DNA from: Guillardia theta CCMP2712
Lineage: Eukaryota; Protista; Cryptophyta
Length of the DNA stretch: 64,000 bases
Direction: 5' to 3'
NCBI RefSeq assembly: GCF_000315625.1
Contig: NW_005434550.1
Coordinates: 109,391 to 173,390 of the forward strand
The notes under the pieces are model-generated. The model was not told the origin of the DNA, did not search any database, and saw nothing but the letters and a program-made list of their open reading frames with translations. The position numbers and the translations under genes were made by a program. Shown here piece after piece: positions 12,517 to 25,581 of this stretch; within the stretch, counting starts at the first letter, position 1; the number at the start of each line of letters is the position of its first letter.

Positions 12517-15271
12517 ATGAGCTTGTTCAAACGTGTTCTTTTTCAGTGGATGGTACTGGCTACTTTGAGGGTGTGCAGCGGGCATATTGCCCCAGAGTTC
12601 ATTAATGTGGGTGTCAACTGCACTGGCGTCAGTTCAAATTGTTTTGTGACTCCTCCCAACGATCATGTCTTCTGGGGTCAACCTGGAGATCAGATCAAGT
12701 TTTTCAGTGCTATGCGCCAGGACAACCCAAGCGACCAAGGTTCGCAGTACAGGGGCATTTTCTTCGAGATCAACTCCACCTTCTACAACAGCAAAGCAGT
12801 TAATGTCGGTTCGCAAGGGCTGAGCATCCCCGCTTTTATGCCCTTCCCCAATGATGTTACCAAAGGCTACAGGGAATTCACAGCCACGTTGGTGGACTTT
12901 GCTCCCTCCAACGACTTGAGAGTTTGCTTCCAAGCTCTGGTGGATTGCAGGCCCACCGATGAAGTGACATGTCCAGTCAGTCAAGTCGCATACAGTGGAC
13001 TCAAACAGGTTCTAGGGCGGCAAACCTGTTGCATCGTGAATCCCGATGGCTCGTACAACACGAACTTTTACCCTAAGCGATGTGTGAACTTGTACGTTGC
13101 CGTTCCTCCTCAGATTGTTGCAATCTCACCGGCGGACGACAACATGTGCTCCACAAGGCGTACTATTCTTCCCCTCAAAAGCTGGGAGAAGCCTGTAAGC
13201 GTGTGCGACGTAACGGTGAACAACGGACAATTGCTGCGGTTGAACATCGATGCGGTAGACATGAATCGTGAGGACGACATAGACGTACACGCCACAGGTC
13301 TCCCCAATGGAGCCGTTCTCGGCCCGAGGATGTGCTGCGATGAAAACTTCACAGCCTGCCATGAGCTTCCGATGGGCTCCATGACGGAGACAACTGAGTG
13401 CACGAACCCATGTTTTAGCGAGGCATCGGGTTACGCCTTCAGTCCTAAGTGCGGATCTGTATGTACAATGCGATACGCACGCAATCCATGCAGATTCGTG
13501 CGAAGACAGCTGTTGTTCCAGCCGGGCTCTAATGAATCTAAGGTAGCACAGGTTGTGTCAATCCAAGCCTACGCGCAGGATGATTCATCAAGACTTGACA
13601 CAAACATCAATGGTCTCTGCTGCCATGCGTCTAATCTTAAAGGAAACGCTACCGAATTCAGTGTGACTGCCCAGTACAACAATCCGGCATTGATCGAACC
13701 TCTTCCTCCGACAAGGTTGCCAGATGCTTATGTCAACTGTCCCATTCCCGTGTTCGGAGTACATGCTTTTTCGGTCCTTACCAAGAACTTCTCAGATTTG
13801 CAAATTGTACCGGAGGGCTGTGTTTTCAACAGTTACACTCTTGCTGAAGGTTGCCCCGATCAATCCTTGTGCACGGTATGCCTTCCCGCCATCACATGTA
13901 CCAATGCTCAGTGCAAGTTTCCGGTGGGAATCGACATCGGATCGAATTTACCATACATCTGGAATTCATATGAACTTAGTTCACATTCTTCAGTTTACGA
14001 TGCGATAACGTCATACTACATAATCAAAGCATACTACAACAAGCCCTCAAATTCTCTGCTGAACTTGGCGGTGTATTCAAACATTGTACCAGCAAACGGT
14101 ACAGTGTTGGTGGTTGAAGGCGTCCAGCCGTCAAGTCCATCGATGTCGAAAGTTTCCTGTCTTCTAGATGATAAGATTGGACTGTCGACTCAATGGGTGA
14201 ATAATGCCCTAAGAATTGTGCTAAACCTTGAAAAATCCACGGGGCTGACTCCGCTAAAGGGAATCAAGTAAGTCTCATTTGGAGGTTTCAGTTCATCTAA
14301 GACCTTGTGCAGTGTGACCTGCCACTTTGAAGAATCCTTCTCTTTGCCCTCTCCAAATGTCTCATACGATTCTTCGCTGGTACTTTTCACTCGAGAACTT
14401 CTCCTGTGGTTCATAAGATTTGCAGGTGGGCGGATTGAAGTTCAGTAAGATTCCCGTGCCTTTAACGCAGTGCTCTATGAACTGCGATGTACATGCTTTG
14501 GGGGATGGATCTAGAGGGGTTGGGGTGTATAGAGCGATCAGGTGCGTATTCAACCGACTCTGTCTGTGGCCCTTACGATGTAGCAGGTGGACGCCAAAGA
14601 AAGGCCAGGAAGGGAAGGACTATAGCCTCTGCTTCCGAGCAGTGGACACAAAGAACATTTCTGCCGTCGCATCTTTCAAATGCTTCAACATTCGGGTGAG
14701 ATCATTCAATGGTCCTAGACACTGTTTTTGACTGAGAGTCAGGTTGTCAAATGTAAGTACTGCGCTCTCCCGGGCGACAGTTACACATCACTGGCCAAGT
14801 TATTCTTCACAGGTATTCCACTTGATGTGGGTCAAGGCGGATGCTGACATCTCGCAGACTGGTTCCAGATCTGGTCGTCCAATCCGAACCTCGGAGGGAA
14901 TCCTGATGCCATTGCACCAGGCAGACGCGCTGGGATCTTGTGCACAGACTGATTCTCGTAGCAGGGAGCGTGGTGAACCTGGGAGGTCTGTACGCGCCTC
15001 CAAAGTCAATCCCAATTAGCCAGGTATGACAATAGATGGGGACGAAAGAAAATCTGACAGACTTCCAGCTTGCGTTTCAGATGGCGACAACAGAAAAGTC
15101 GCTGAGGAACGCCAACCCTGACATCCCCGTCGAGGCCACTGAGGTGAATGCGAACCAGGTAGTTCGATGATGGCAGCTCCTCCTCCTCTCCTCATATCGA
15201 TGTCGCAGGAGGTCTGCATTCTCCCTGGAGTCTGCGATAGTTTCGTAGCACCAGATGGCTCGAGCACTTGA
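12517..15271 (+). CDS. Secreted cysteine-rich protein with C-terminal degenerate LysM-like repeats, multi-exon
   Basis: Signal peptide MSLFKRVLFQWMVLATLRVCSG opens a ~580-codon Cys-rich ORF. Spliced tail: WTPKKGQEGKDYSLCFRA...CKYCALPGDSYTSLAKLFFTDWFQIWSSNPNL...TTEKSLRNANPDIP...EVCILPGVC. Confidence 0.75.
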
Positions 15272-15454
15272 GGGTTGCTGACTTCGATTGACTCATCTTA
15301 ACATGTCTAGCTAGTAGCTGCCGTTAACTCATAGAGAGAGATTGTACCACTACAACCAGCATGAATGCAGGAGCACATGTGCGAAGTTCGGGGTGAGAAA
15401 AAGCTTCGTCTAATGCGAAACAACAACTTCTGCTTCCCTTGCATTTCGCTCCCG

Positions 15455-16914
15455 TCAGTTGCCGTCTTCCAACTCTTGAACAGCCTGACAGCCAAATTAG
15501 ACGCGCTAAGGAACCGAGACCGGGTTAACCTGCAGGAAGGCGTCTGCAAAGGCATTGGAAACCATCGCGATCGTTAGCTCGATGCCAACCCTGCATGAAC
15601 GTGAGCTGCTAGCATCGGCGAGGAAGAGACAGACATGTAGCAGTAGTAGGAGAAGCCCCTGGAGAAGCCCGGTCCTCCATACATCCTTCTAAACCATCCA
15701 CGTTTCTGCTGAGCCCCCTCCTGTCAGAGGACGTCAGCGACCAGATGATCTCTCGGTCAACCGACCCTTGATAATCTTGACATGGCGACCTCCGCGTCTC
15801 TCCGACCTTGCGGTACAGCATCAGCTTGCACGCAAGTCACTTCCGACTTGTCACCGCATAACTTCTGCAGTGTTGCTTTTCTCTCCAGCGGAAATAGTCC
15901 AACCATCCAAAGAAACCCCGCCGGAAGGTTGAAATAGCCGAATCGCACTGGTATTGACAAAGTGCTGAGAAGCAGCTGGGTGTTGAGCCCTGTTACAGAA
16001 TGGACGTCACGCCGGGCCCTCATAGTCGAACGTGAAATCGCATCAAAATAGATCAAAACATAGTCGATCGCATCAAAACATATCAAATCACATGAAATGA
16101 CATGCAATCAAGACATGTTGGCCATTGGTTCTCCACTGACCTTCGTAAGCCGTGTCTTCTTTCAGTGCTGTTACAAGCCCTTGGTAAACGCCACAGTTCG
16201 TATAACCAGCACATCTAAGAAAACTTCACGTGCTGTCAGCAAGAACTCTAAGGCTACCCGGCCATCATTCGGTGAGAGACAACGTCGAGCGGATGGGTGA
16301 GGGAGGCAAAGAGCATGATGGAAGAAACCGACTTGGCTAAAATCCCTATGACGTTGTTGCCTGGAAAGGCAAGGAGTATCTGAAGCACACGTGAGAGACT
16401 TGCCACTCTGGTTGTGAACACAGAGAGAGAGTGAGAAGCACGGGGCAAAGCACACTAGTGTCCTGGAGCACACAAGCAACCAAAGTCATCGACGGCTTAC
16501 CTCCATCATGCTGATAGATCCTGCACGCCATAATGCTTGATGGAGGACCCTAGCGTGCAGGCCATTCCAGAGCGCACCATTCCCCTCGTCATGCCGGATT
16601 CTTCTCCATGAGATCGGGGGAAGCGGCCTCTGCTCTTGCACGACCTCGTTTCCTTCATCATCCAACTCCTGGATCCGGGGGGTCGGCGCTGATTGAACTG
16701 TGCGGTACTGGATCCTTGTCTTGAGGACAAGGAGAGGCTGAGAGAGGCTGTAGAGCGAGCCGAGGGTCACGTACTTGGAGATGAACTCGAACAAGAGCTC
16801 GACGGAAGCAGCAGCCACCAGCTCCACGGGCGAGAGCTCCTCCTCGTACCCCACGTCGAAACTTGGCTCTGGGGAGTATTGGGGGGTGATCCCCGTGTTC
16901 TGGAACGCCGACAT
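15455..16914 (-). CDS. Divergent mitochondrial-carrier-fold protein (possibly MTCH/Ugo1/SLC25A46-like), multi-exon; ends approximate
   Basis: Motifs SQPLLVLKTRIQ, RIRHDEGNGALWNGL, THPLDVVSHRMM and FPLERKA. Confidence 0.65.
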
Positions 16915-17569
16915 CAACTTCGCTCCGTCCTACAAAACAATCAGGCAAATCATAGATGAAAAAAGCTTCAAATCTTGGTGCTGAAGCTATTCTCAACCTC
17001 ACTGATTGTTTCGCTTTGTTTGCGCCACGGTGAAGTGAAGGGTGACACGGTTCCTTGCCTAAGATCACCTACCCGACATCGCTCTACCTATTCCTGATCT
17101 TGATCTCTCTTCTGCTCATCCCTCATATAATTATCCTACTTCCCTTGCACCTGCTGCTACCCCCGCTCCCCAATGCCCCCCCCCCCCATCTTACTGGCTT
17201 GCGTTCCTGTCCCCTCCCCATCGCATAGCACAAGGAACTATTCCTCCTGCATTCTGCTCTATCTCTCCCTCTAACCATCTCAGCAGTTCTGTCTCCCCCG
17301 TCTCTCTCTGCCCTCTGCCCCACCGCCTCCTCCTCCTCCCACCCTCCCACCCTCAGGTCGTGCATACCTCGCTCATGTTACGTCGCTACCACCTTACCCC
17401 ACCCCCTCCAATCCCATTAGTTCTACCCCTTCTCAATCGAAACCCTCATGCAGCACATTCACTCTGAGGTGAGCTCCGAGCCGTTCTGCTCGCAATGGTA
17501 CTGGTAGATTCTCCTGCGTGCGATCCATGGCGACCGCCTCCCTCATACCCTGCCAACATGCACGTCAGA

Positions 17570-17622
17570 CGAGGAGGAGGAGGAGGAGGAGGAGGAGGAG
17601 GAGGAGGAGGAGGAGGAGGAGG
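17570..17622. repeat. (GAG)n microsatellite upstream of the LRR gene
   Basis: Perfect GAG run. Confidence 0.9.
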
Positions 17623-17668
17623 GGAAGGCGCTCATCTTAGCAGGTGCTGACAGGCTGATTGAGGCATT

Positions 17669-20600
17669 ATGTCTCAAGAAACGGAGGCAGCGGGAGAGGC
17701 GGGTGCGAGCTTGTCCGCACAAGAATGGAAGAAGCGAGTGGACAATGCGTCAGACAGCGGCGTCTTTGATGCGCATGCTTGTCGATTGAGCAAGTTCCCC
17801 GAGGAAATCTTGAACTTCAAGAATCTCAAGAAGATATTCTTGCAGAACAACTACATCGAAACGCTGCCGTCTGAGATTGGAAACTTTCCGAATCTCGCCA
17901 TCTTGTACCTGCAAGAAAACAAGTTGCATGATGTTCCTCCTGACCTAGGAAAACTCTCCTGCCTCTCTATCCTCGCGCTGCATGGAAATCAGATTCGGTA
18001 CATCCCGAGGGACCTGGGACACTGCCAGAGCTTGCAGGTCCTGTCGCTGTCCAACAACCGATTGACGCAGATTCCACTTGAGATCGGAAGATGCAACAAG
18101 CTGAAGAGCCTCGACCTTAAAGACAACCCGGACATCGCGGTCCCTCCTGCCTACGTCATCGTGCAGGGGCCAGCAAAGGTGTCGGAGTACATGCAGCGAT
18201 ACGGGATGGCGTTGACAAGCTGCAGTCTGAACCTGGTCAAGTTCAAGCTGCGAGGGTTTCCGAGTGAGATCACATGGACGGGTTCCTTCCTGACGGAGCT
18301 CGACCTCTCCAACAACAGCGAGATATCCGAGCTTCCCTACTCCATCTCCTCCCTCTCGCAGCTCCGCAAGCTCTGGATTGACAAGAGCAACCTGGAAGGA
18401 AGGTTGACGCAGGGGCTGGGGTACCTGACGAGCCTGACAGACCTGTCGCTGAAGAGCAATCAGATCACTTCGATCCCCATCGGGTTGGGACGAGCCACAC
18501 AGCTCAAGAGCATCTCGCTGGAGAAGAACCTCAGCATGTCGCTGCCGCCCAAGGAAATCTATTCCCGAGGCGCGAGCGCTGTCCTGCAGTTCTTGCATGC
18601 CCTTGTGATCGGAGAGGCGTTGGGGCAGGTCAACCTGTCCGGGCTGAGCCTGACGGCCGTTGACTTCTTCCACGTGGCTGTTTGCAGCCATCAGCTCCAT
18701 GTGCTCCAGACCCTCCCGGACGCCGGGGGGCCCTGGAGCCACTTGACCTCCCTGGACTTGAGCAGCAACAAGATTGTCTCGCTGGGCAGCATGCTGGAGC
18801 TGATGACAAACCTGCAGCAGCTCATCTCCAGCAAGAACAGACTGAGCGAAGTTCCTGAAACCATCACCCGGCTGCGAGGTCTGCGCGATCTCAAGCTCGA
18901 TGACAACGCCTTCTCCTCGTTCCCCATCGTCGTGTGCTTGGGGGACGAGGGAGTGATGGTGGAGAAGCGGTCCGAGTTTGGTGCGACCAACAACGAAGAC
19001 TTCAAGATCGATGAGGGGATGGAGTGGAAGGCAGGCCAACCCTGTCAGTCCCTTGAGCTGTTGAACCTGAGCAACAACAGACTGTCGACTCTCAACAAGG
19101 TAGTCGTAGCTGTGTCGCAGCTCAAAGTCTTGCAGCTGGCGAACAACCTGCTGGAGAAGCTTCCTCCTCTCTTCTTCAACCTGCAGCTACTGGAGGAGCT
19201 GAACCTGAGCAGGAATAGGTTCGAATCGATCCCTCGGGACGTCTTTCAGTGCTCCTCACTGCGGCGCCTGCTACTGTCCAGCAACAAGATCTCTGAGATC
19301 TCAGACTCGATCGAGAACCTCAAGGAGCTGCGCGACATCGACGTGTCCAACAACCTGATAGAGGACATCCCTCTGCAGCTGGGGGCTCTGATGAAGCTTA
19401 CCCGCGCGAACTTTGACGGAAACATGCTGAAAGGTGTGCCTGTCAACTTGACGTCTGCAGGCGAGGGGGTGCTGCTCAACTTTTGGAAGGCCATGTACGA
19501 CAGCAAAAAGTCCAACAAGTTCGTGGCGTCCAACCTGGGAATGCAGGACCTGCCCAACCAGCTAGTCTCGCTGACGTGGCTTGACTCGCTCGACCTCTCG
19601 AAGAACGAGCTGCTGGACCTCAAGACTAGCGTCTGCTCTTTGACGTCTCTCCGCAACCTCGACATCTCACACAACAAGATCGTGAACCTTCCCGATGAAA
19701 TCGGAAACTTGACTAACCTGCGGCTCCTCAACATCTCCAACAACAGGATCCGACGGCTGCCGATGGCGCTGGGGCTGTGCAAGGGCATCCGCGAGCTCGT
19801 TCTGGACGCGAGCATGATAGTCATCCCGTCTCAGCACATCTTGTCTCTGGGGGTGCAGAAGACGCTCATCTTCCTAAGGAGGATGCTCGAGGCAGGCGAG
19901 GTGGGAAGGCTGGGGCTGAAGGGGATGCAGCTGGGGGAGATACCAAAGGACGCGTGGAAGACGATAGGGCTGCAAGAGCTGCTTATCGACAAGAACGACA
20001 TAGTCGAGATCGACTCGGAGGTCCTGCAGATGGACGACCTGATGGTCCTGTCAGCGAACATGAATCGCCTCGAGCACTTGAACTTCCTCCTTGGGGAGGC
20101 CGGGAAGCCCCCGTGGGACCGGGCGAGGCTGCAGCTGCTCACTAGGATGGAGCTGCGAGGGAACCTGCTGAAAGAGATCCCAACGGAGATCTCGAAGCTC
20201 AGGGCCCTGAGGGTCCTGAGACTGGACAACAACAACTTGCAGCAGCTGCCCAACGGCGTCTGCTACTTGACGGAGCTCGAGGTGTTGTCAGTGTCTAAGA
20301 ATGCTCTCACCAGGCTCCCCGAGCACCTGAGCCTCTTGGCTGAGCTCTCGGTGCTCGACGTGTCCGTCAACAACATCAGCAGCCTTCCGTTCGCACTGGG
20401 GAGGCTGCTGGACCTCGCCAAGTTCAACATAGACTCAAACCCCATCCGAGAGCCTCCGGTCGAGATCCTCCGCAAAGGCCCCGGCCCGATCCTCAACTAC
20501 CTGGAGAGCTGCCATGCCGCCATCTCATCCAACTCACTGGACGTGTCTGGTCTGAGCTTGTACGAGATCCCGACTGAGGTCTGCAGGCTCTTGACCCTCA

Positions 20601-23600
20601 CGCGTCTGGACCTGTCAAACAACAGGATCGGCGTGATGCGGCAGCAACTTGTCAACCTGAGCGGCCTTGAAGATCTCAACCTGTCGGAGAACATCCTAAA
20701 AGAGTTCCCGCTGGTGGTCTGCTCCTTGACTCAGCTCTCCAAGCTCAACCTCTCCTACAACAAGTTCACCGACATGCCCATCACCATCGGTCGCCTCACC
20801 AACCTCAGGCACCTGGGCATAGAGGGGCTTAAGCTCACGAGACCTGCGAGTGAAGTGCGGGAGCTGTCAGCGTCGGGCCTCATCCAGTACATGAAAGAGC
20901 TGCTGCTGGTCTGCTTGCAGCGAGAAGACAAGCTTGACTTGTCCAGCTACTCCTTCAAGAAGTTCCCACTCGAGCTGGAGGATCTTGGCACCCAGCTGAA
21001 GTCTCTGACTCTAGATCACAACAACATCCCGTCGATACCCGAGTCCTTCTCATCGCTCAGAAAGCTTGCCTTGCTCTCCGTCAAGCAGAACCGACTGCAG
21101 GCTCTCCCGCACTCCCTGAAATACTTCGGGAGCCTGAAAGAGTTGGATGTGTCTCAAAACAACATCGTGAACCTGCCCAACATCGTGTTGAGGTCCATTC
21201 AGAAGTTCAATGCTGATCACAACTCCATCGCTGAGATACCTCCTCGCTTGTGCAAGTGGACGACATTGAAGTCGCTATCCATGAACAACAACGAAGTCAA
21301 GTCGCTTCCCTCCAAATTCGGGCAGCTTGTCCACCTTGTATCGCTCAGCTTCGCCTCCAACAGGCTCGTCGTCCTGCCCAAGTCCTTCGCCTTCCTCTCT
21401 CGTCTCAAGTCGCTCAACCTCGACAGCAACCTGCTCACCTTCCTTCCCCTGGAAATCGCCAGGCTAACGGCCATCACCTCCATCAGATTGACAGACAATC
21501 AAGTTGCTGTCCTGCCGCCTCAAATCAGTCTCTGCACCAGGATCGTGTCACTGGAGGTATCTCCCCAGCATCTCATAGTCCCTCCTCCAGAGTCTTTGGT
21601 CGACGGCGTCAAGAGCATGTTCTCTTACCTCGCTTCTCTCCATTCTGCGAGCTTCTCTGACTCCCTTCTGCTCAGCAACTGGGACCTGAGGTCGTTTCCT
21701 CTCGATGGGAACTTCTTGATAAATCTCACCTCCCTAAACCTTTCAAAGAACAAGTTCACGTCAATCCCTGACTGCATAGAGTCGTACAACAATGTTGCGT
21801 TCTTGAATCTCGATGGTAACGCCTTGGAGACTTTGCCCGAACAAATCAAAAACCTGAGTGAATGTCTCGTCGATCTGTCAATCTGCAACAATCGCCTTAT
21901 CCGCCTCCCTAAAGGTTTGATTTCTTGTTTGACTTGTTTGCGGTTCAAAGCTTGACGAATGATCTTGAAGGTCTTTTTCAACTCACCAAGCTTGTGCGCC
22001 TCTCGCTACATCACAACCAACTTCCGCTGATACCAGACTTGGTGTCTACTTTGAACAGAATGAAACTGCTGAATCTGAATCAGAACCAAGTCAAAGTGAT
22101 ACCAGATGCATTCGCAACACTTTCGAACCTCCAGGAGTTGCTTCTTGAAGACAATCCAGTCACAGTCTGCAACGCTGAATCATTTCTCGGGTGCAGGTAG
22201 GACTACGTCGTTTCACTTCAGATTCGCTTGCTCTGACTTGCATGACGCAGGTCACTTCGAAACTTGCGAGTCTATCTCAACTATCTGGATTATTACACGT
22301 CTTGGAAGAAGGATTTGTTCGCTTGGAAGCCAATCTCTGGGCATGGAGTCAAGTATCCTCCATGTGAAGTGTTGTGCAGCGGCCCGGATGCTGTATGGAA
22401 GTATCTTCGACTGACGCTGCAGAGCAAGACCTCCTTGTCGCTGGACTTATCTAGGAAGCGATTTTGGATCATGGAGGTCCAAGACAGCAGCCGCAGGTTC
22501 TACTCCCTGCCCCTTGAGGTCTGCAAGCTCACGCACCTGACCTACCTCAACCTCTCGGGCAACTTTCTCGTCAAACTCCCCGGGGAGATCGGCAGGCTGA
22601 CGAAGCTGGAGGAGCTGGACTTGGAGCAGAACCGGCTCAAGACTCTGCCGATGGAGCTCTCCTACTGCCGGGCCCTCAAGCGCATCATGCTGATCAGAAA
22701 CCTCGACCTCTACTCGCCCTCACGCGAGATCGTCAATCAGGGCAGCAACGCCATCCTCGGCTTCTTCCTCTGCTTGTACACGGCTCAGCGGAGAGACGTG
22801 GTGAGGTTCGAAGGAGGAGCCTACCGGCGCTTCCCGCGAGAGTTTCTCGACCTCACCAACGTCACCGAGTGCTACCTGAGGAACAACAGGATCGAGTTCG
22901 TCCCCCCCGAGATCACACGTTTGTCAAACCTCTTGACCCTGCGGTTGGATAACAACTCCCTCGCCCTCCTGCCCGACGAGCTGTGCGACATGACCACTCT
23001 CAAGGTTCTCAGCTGCTCCAAGAACCTGCTGGTCGCCCTCCCCGACCGGATCTACCGCCTCTCGGGCTTGAGAGAGTTCTCCGTCAACGGCAACTTCCTC
23101 TGCGACGTCCCTCCCGAAGTTCACAAGTACGGGTGCCTGCTTGCAATGGACTTCGTGCAGGAGGTGAAGAAGGGCAGGCTGACGGCGCACGTGGACCTGA
23201 GCAACTTTGACCTGCTGACCTTCCCCGTTGATGTGATGCGGCTGGACAGACCCGAAGGGTGGACGAGGTTTGGGATCGACAACTACCTGAGGATCTTGAA
23301 GAGCGAGACCAATGCGAAGATGAAGCGACAGGCTGCGGAGGACAGGAAGCGGCAGGAGATCGAGCAGAGGAGGACGCTGGGGCTCGACCTTGACTTTGAG
23401 GGCGAGTTTGACGAGCGCGACAGCTCCTGGAATGCGCTGGAGGAGTTCTGCGAGGACGCGATCATCGACGTTGGGACGGGTCAAAGTTTCAGGCGGGCAG
23501 ACAGGCTGAGGTCGCTGGAGGAGGTCTACGAGTCGTTCAAGGAGTGGTACGCCTTCGCCATCGGGTATCAGTCGGTGGAGGAGATGAAGGAGAACAGGAG

Positions 23601-25533
23601 GCGGGACGAGGACGCGAGGCGGGTCCCCTCGGAGATCGACCTCTACGACCAGCTGGTGCTGCGCTACGGGCCCCCTGAGGTGGAGCATCCTTGCAAGTCT
23701 TGCATCGCGCTAGGGACCAAGTGTCATGAGTTGGGGACGAGCCGGGGGCAGAAACGGAGACACAAGGGAGGGAGAAAGGCGTCGAGGTCGGGATGGTACA
23801 ACATCAAGGTGAGGAGGAAGCATGGGCCCGAGGCCGAGTGGAGCGACGACAATCCCAACGAGTCCTACAGCGAGGGGTCGGAGGAGGAGATTGAGGCCGG
23901 CAGCGGGAGCGAGGCAGAGCAGTTCGACTGGACTGAGGACGTGGTTTACTATCCGGCGGAGGAAGGGGAGGTGGAGGAGAGCGACAGCGACAGCGACGAT
24001 GGAGGGGAGACCTTGACGGAGGTGTTGAGCGGAGGAGCGCACAAGTACGTGGAGAGCCTCGATCTCTCCTACAACCTCATCTCCTCAATCGCTCCCCAAG
24101 TCTCTGCTCTTAGGAACCTCCTCAGCCTCCGCCTGTCCTACAACACCCTGACCCTGCTGCCCCCCGAGCTGGGCAAGCTGAGAAGCCTCACCAACCTGGA
24201 CATCGTGGGCAACCGGATCTCCTACTTTCCGAATCACTTCAGCGCCTTGACTAGCCTCAGGGTTCTGAAGATCAGCAGGAACGAGTTCAAGCTGATACCC
24301 GACTGTGTGCGGAACTTCACCAGCCTGAGGGTACTGTCGGCCAGCAGGAACAAGCTCGTCACGCTCTCGAGCGTGCTGGAGGGCTGCATCCTCCTGGAGC
24401 AGCTCTGGCTGCAAGAGAATCTCCTCACATCGCTCCACCCCATGATCGGCAACCTCGAGCGCCTCAACTCCCTCAACTTCGGCAGGAACGCCATCACCTC
24501 CATCCCCCCCCAGCTGGGCTCCTGCGTCGCCCTGACGGCGCTGGGGATCTACGGCAACGGCCTGTCGCGTCTGCCTCCCTCCCTGAAGAAGCTCCGGTAC
24601 CTGCAGCGGCTGATGATCAACCACAACGAGCTGCTTGAGATCCCCGAGACGATCGTCTTCATACGAAACCTCACCTACCTCAACATCTCCAACAACTCCC
24701 TGAGCGAGCTCAGCTCGGAGCTGGGCAAGATCGGGAGCCTCAGGAGCCTGGTAGCAGACAACAACAAGATCGCGCAGATCCATCCAGACATTGTAAACCT
24801 CTCCAGCAGCCTCGAGCAGCTCAGGGTTGAGAACAACGAGCTTGACAACATCGACAAGTCCCTGGCGGAATGCACGTCACTGACCGTATTGAATCTTTCC
24901 ACGAACAAGATCCCATCGCTGCCATCGGAGTTCGGCCTGCTGAAGAACTTGTACAAGCTCTCCGTCAACCACAACAAGCTGGTCGAGCTCCCTGAGGACA
25001 TTGGAGGGTTGGAGGCGCTGGAATACTGCTGGTTTGATAACAACTTGCTGACGAGGCTTCCTGAGAGCTTCGGGCTCTTGACGAGGTTGGTTGAGTTGTA
25101 TCTTGACAACAACCATCTCCATCAGCTTTGCAGCAGCTTCTCCAGTCTCACCTCCTTGCGAGAGCTTTACCTCCACAACAATCGTTTCGGTCAACCACAG
25201 CAGAATAAGGTTGGCGACGTCCTCGTCGAAGCCCAAGGCATCCCCCAGGAGGTCACGTCCCTTGTCAACCTAGCTGTCTTGTCGGTAGCTGGGAACCACC
25301 TTGTCCCTGACATGCTGCCGCAAACTTCTTCACGGCTGACTAACCTCACCGAACTTTGGCTGCAAAACAACAACTTCGAAGAACTTCCGGCCTGCGTTTG
25401 CGACATTCCAAACCTCAGGTACACGCTGCTTGACTGGAGCACGGACGCCACCACCACCACCACGAAGCACTTTGGAAAGGTAGCCTTCCCCGAGGAGATG
25501 AAACAACGAGGGCCCGGGAAGTCGAAGAGGTGA
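17669..25533 (+). CDS. Giant (~2500 aa) intracellular leucine-rich-repeat protein of SHOC2/Roco-type LRRs with a non-LRR insertion
   Basis: ORFs 17669-21955, 21925-22200 and 22264-25533 are joined by short introns (e.g. ~21915-21970). There are dozens of LxxLxLxxNxLxxLP repeats and no signal peptide. Confidence 0.92.
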
Positions 25534-25581
25534 CGGTTGACATGAGACGCGTGTACTTTTAGCTCAGTTACATGACATGAT

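Noticed and set aside
17945-25463. Long antisense ORFs (up to 364 aa) opposite the LRR gene
   Set aside because: These are shadow ORFs from GC3-rich codon usage and carry no motifs.
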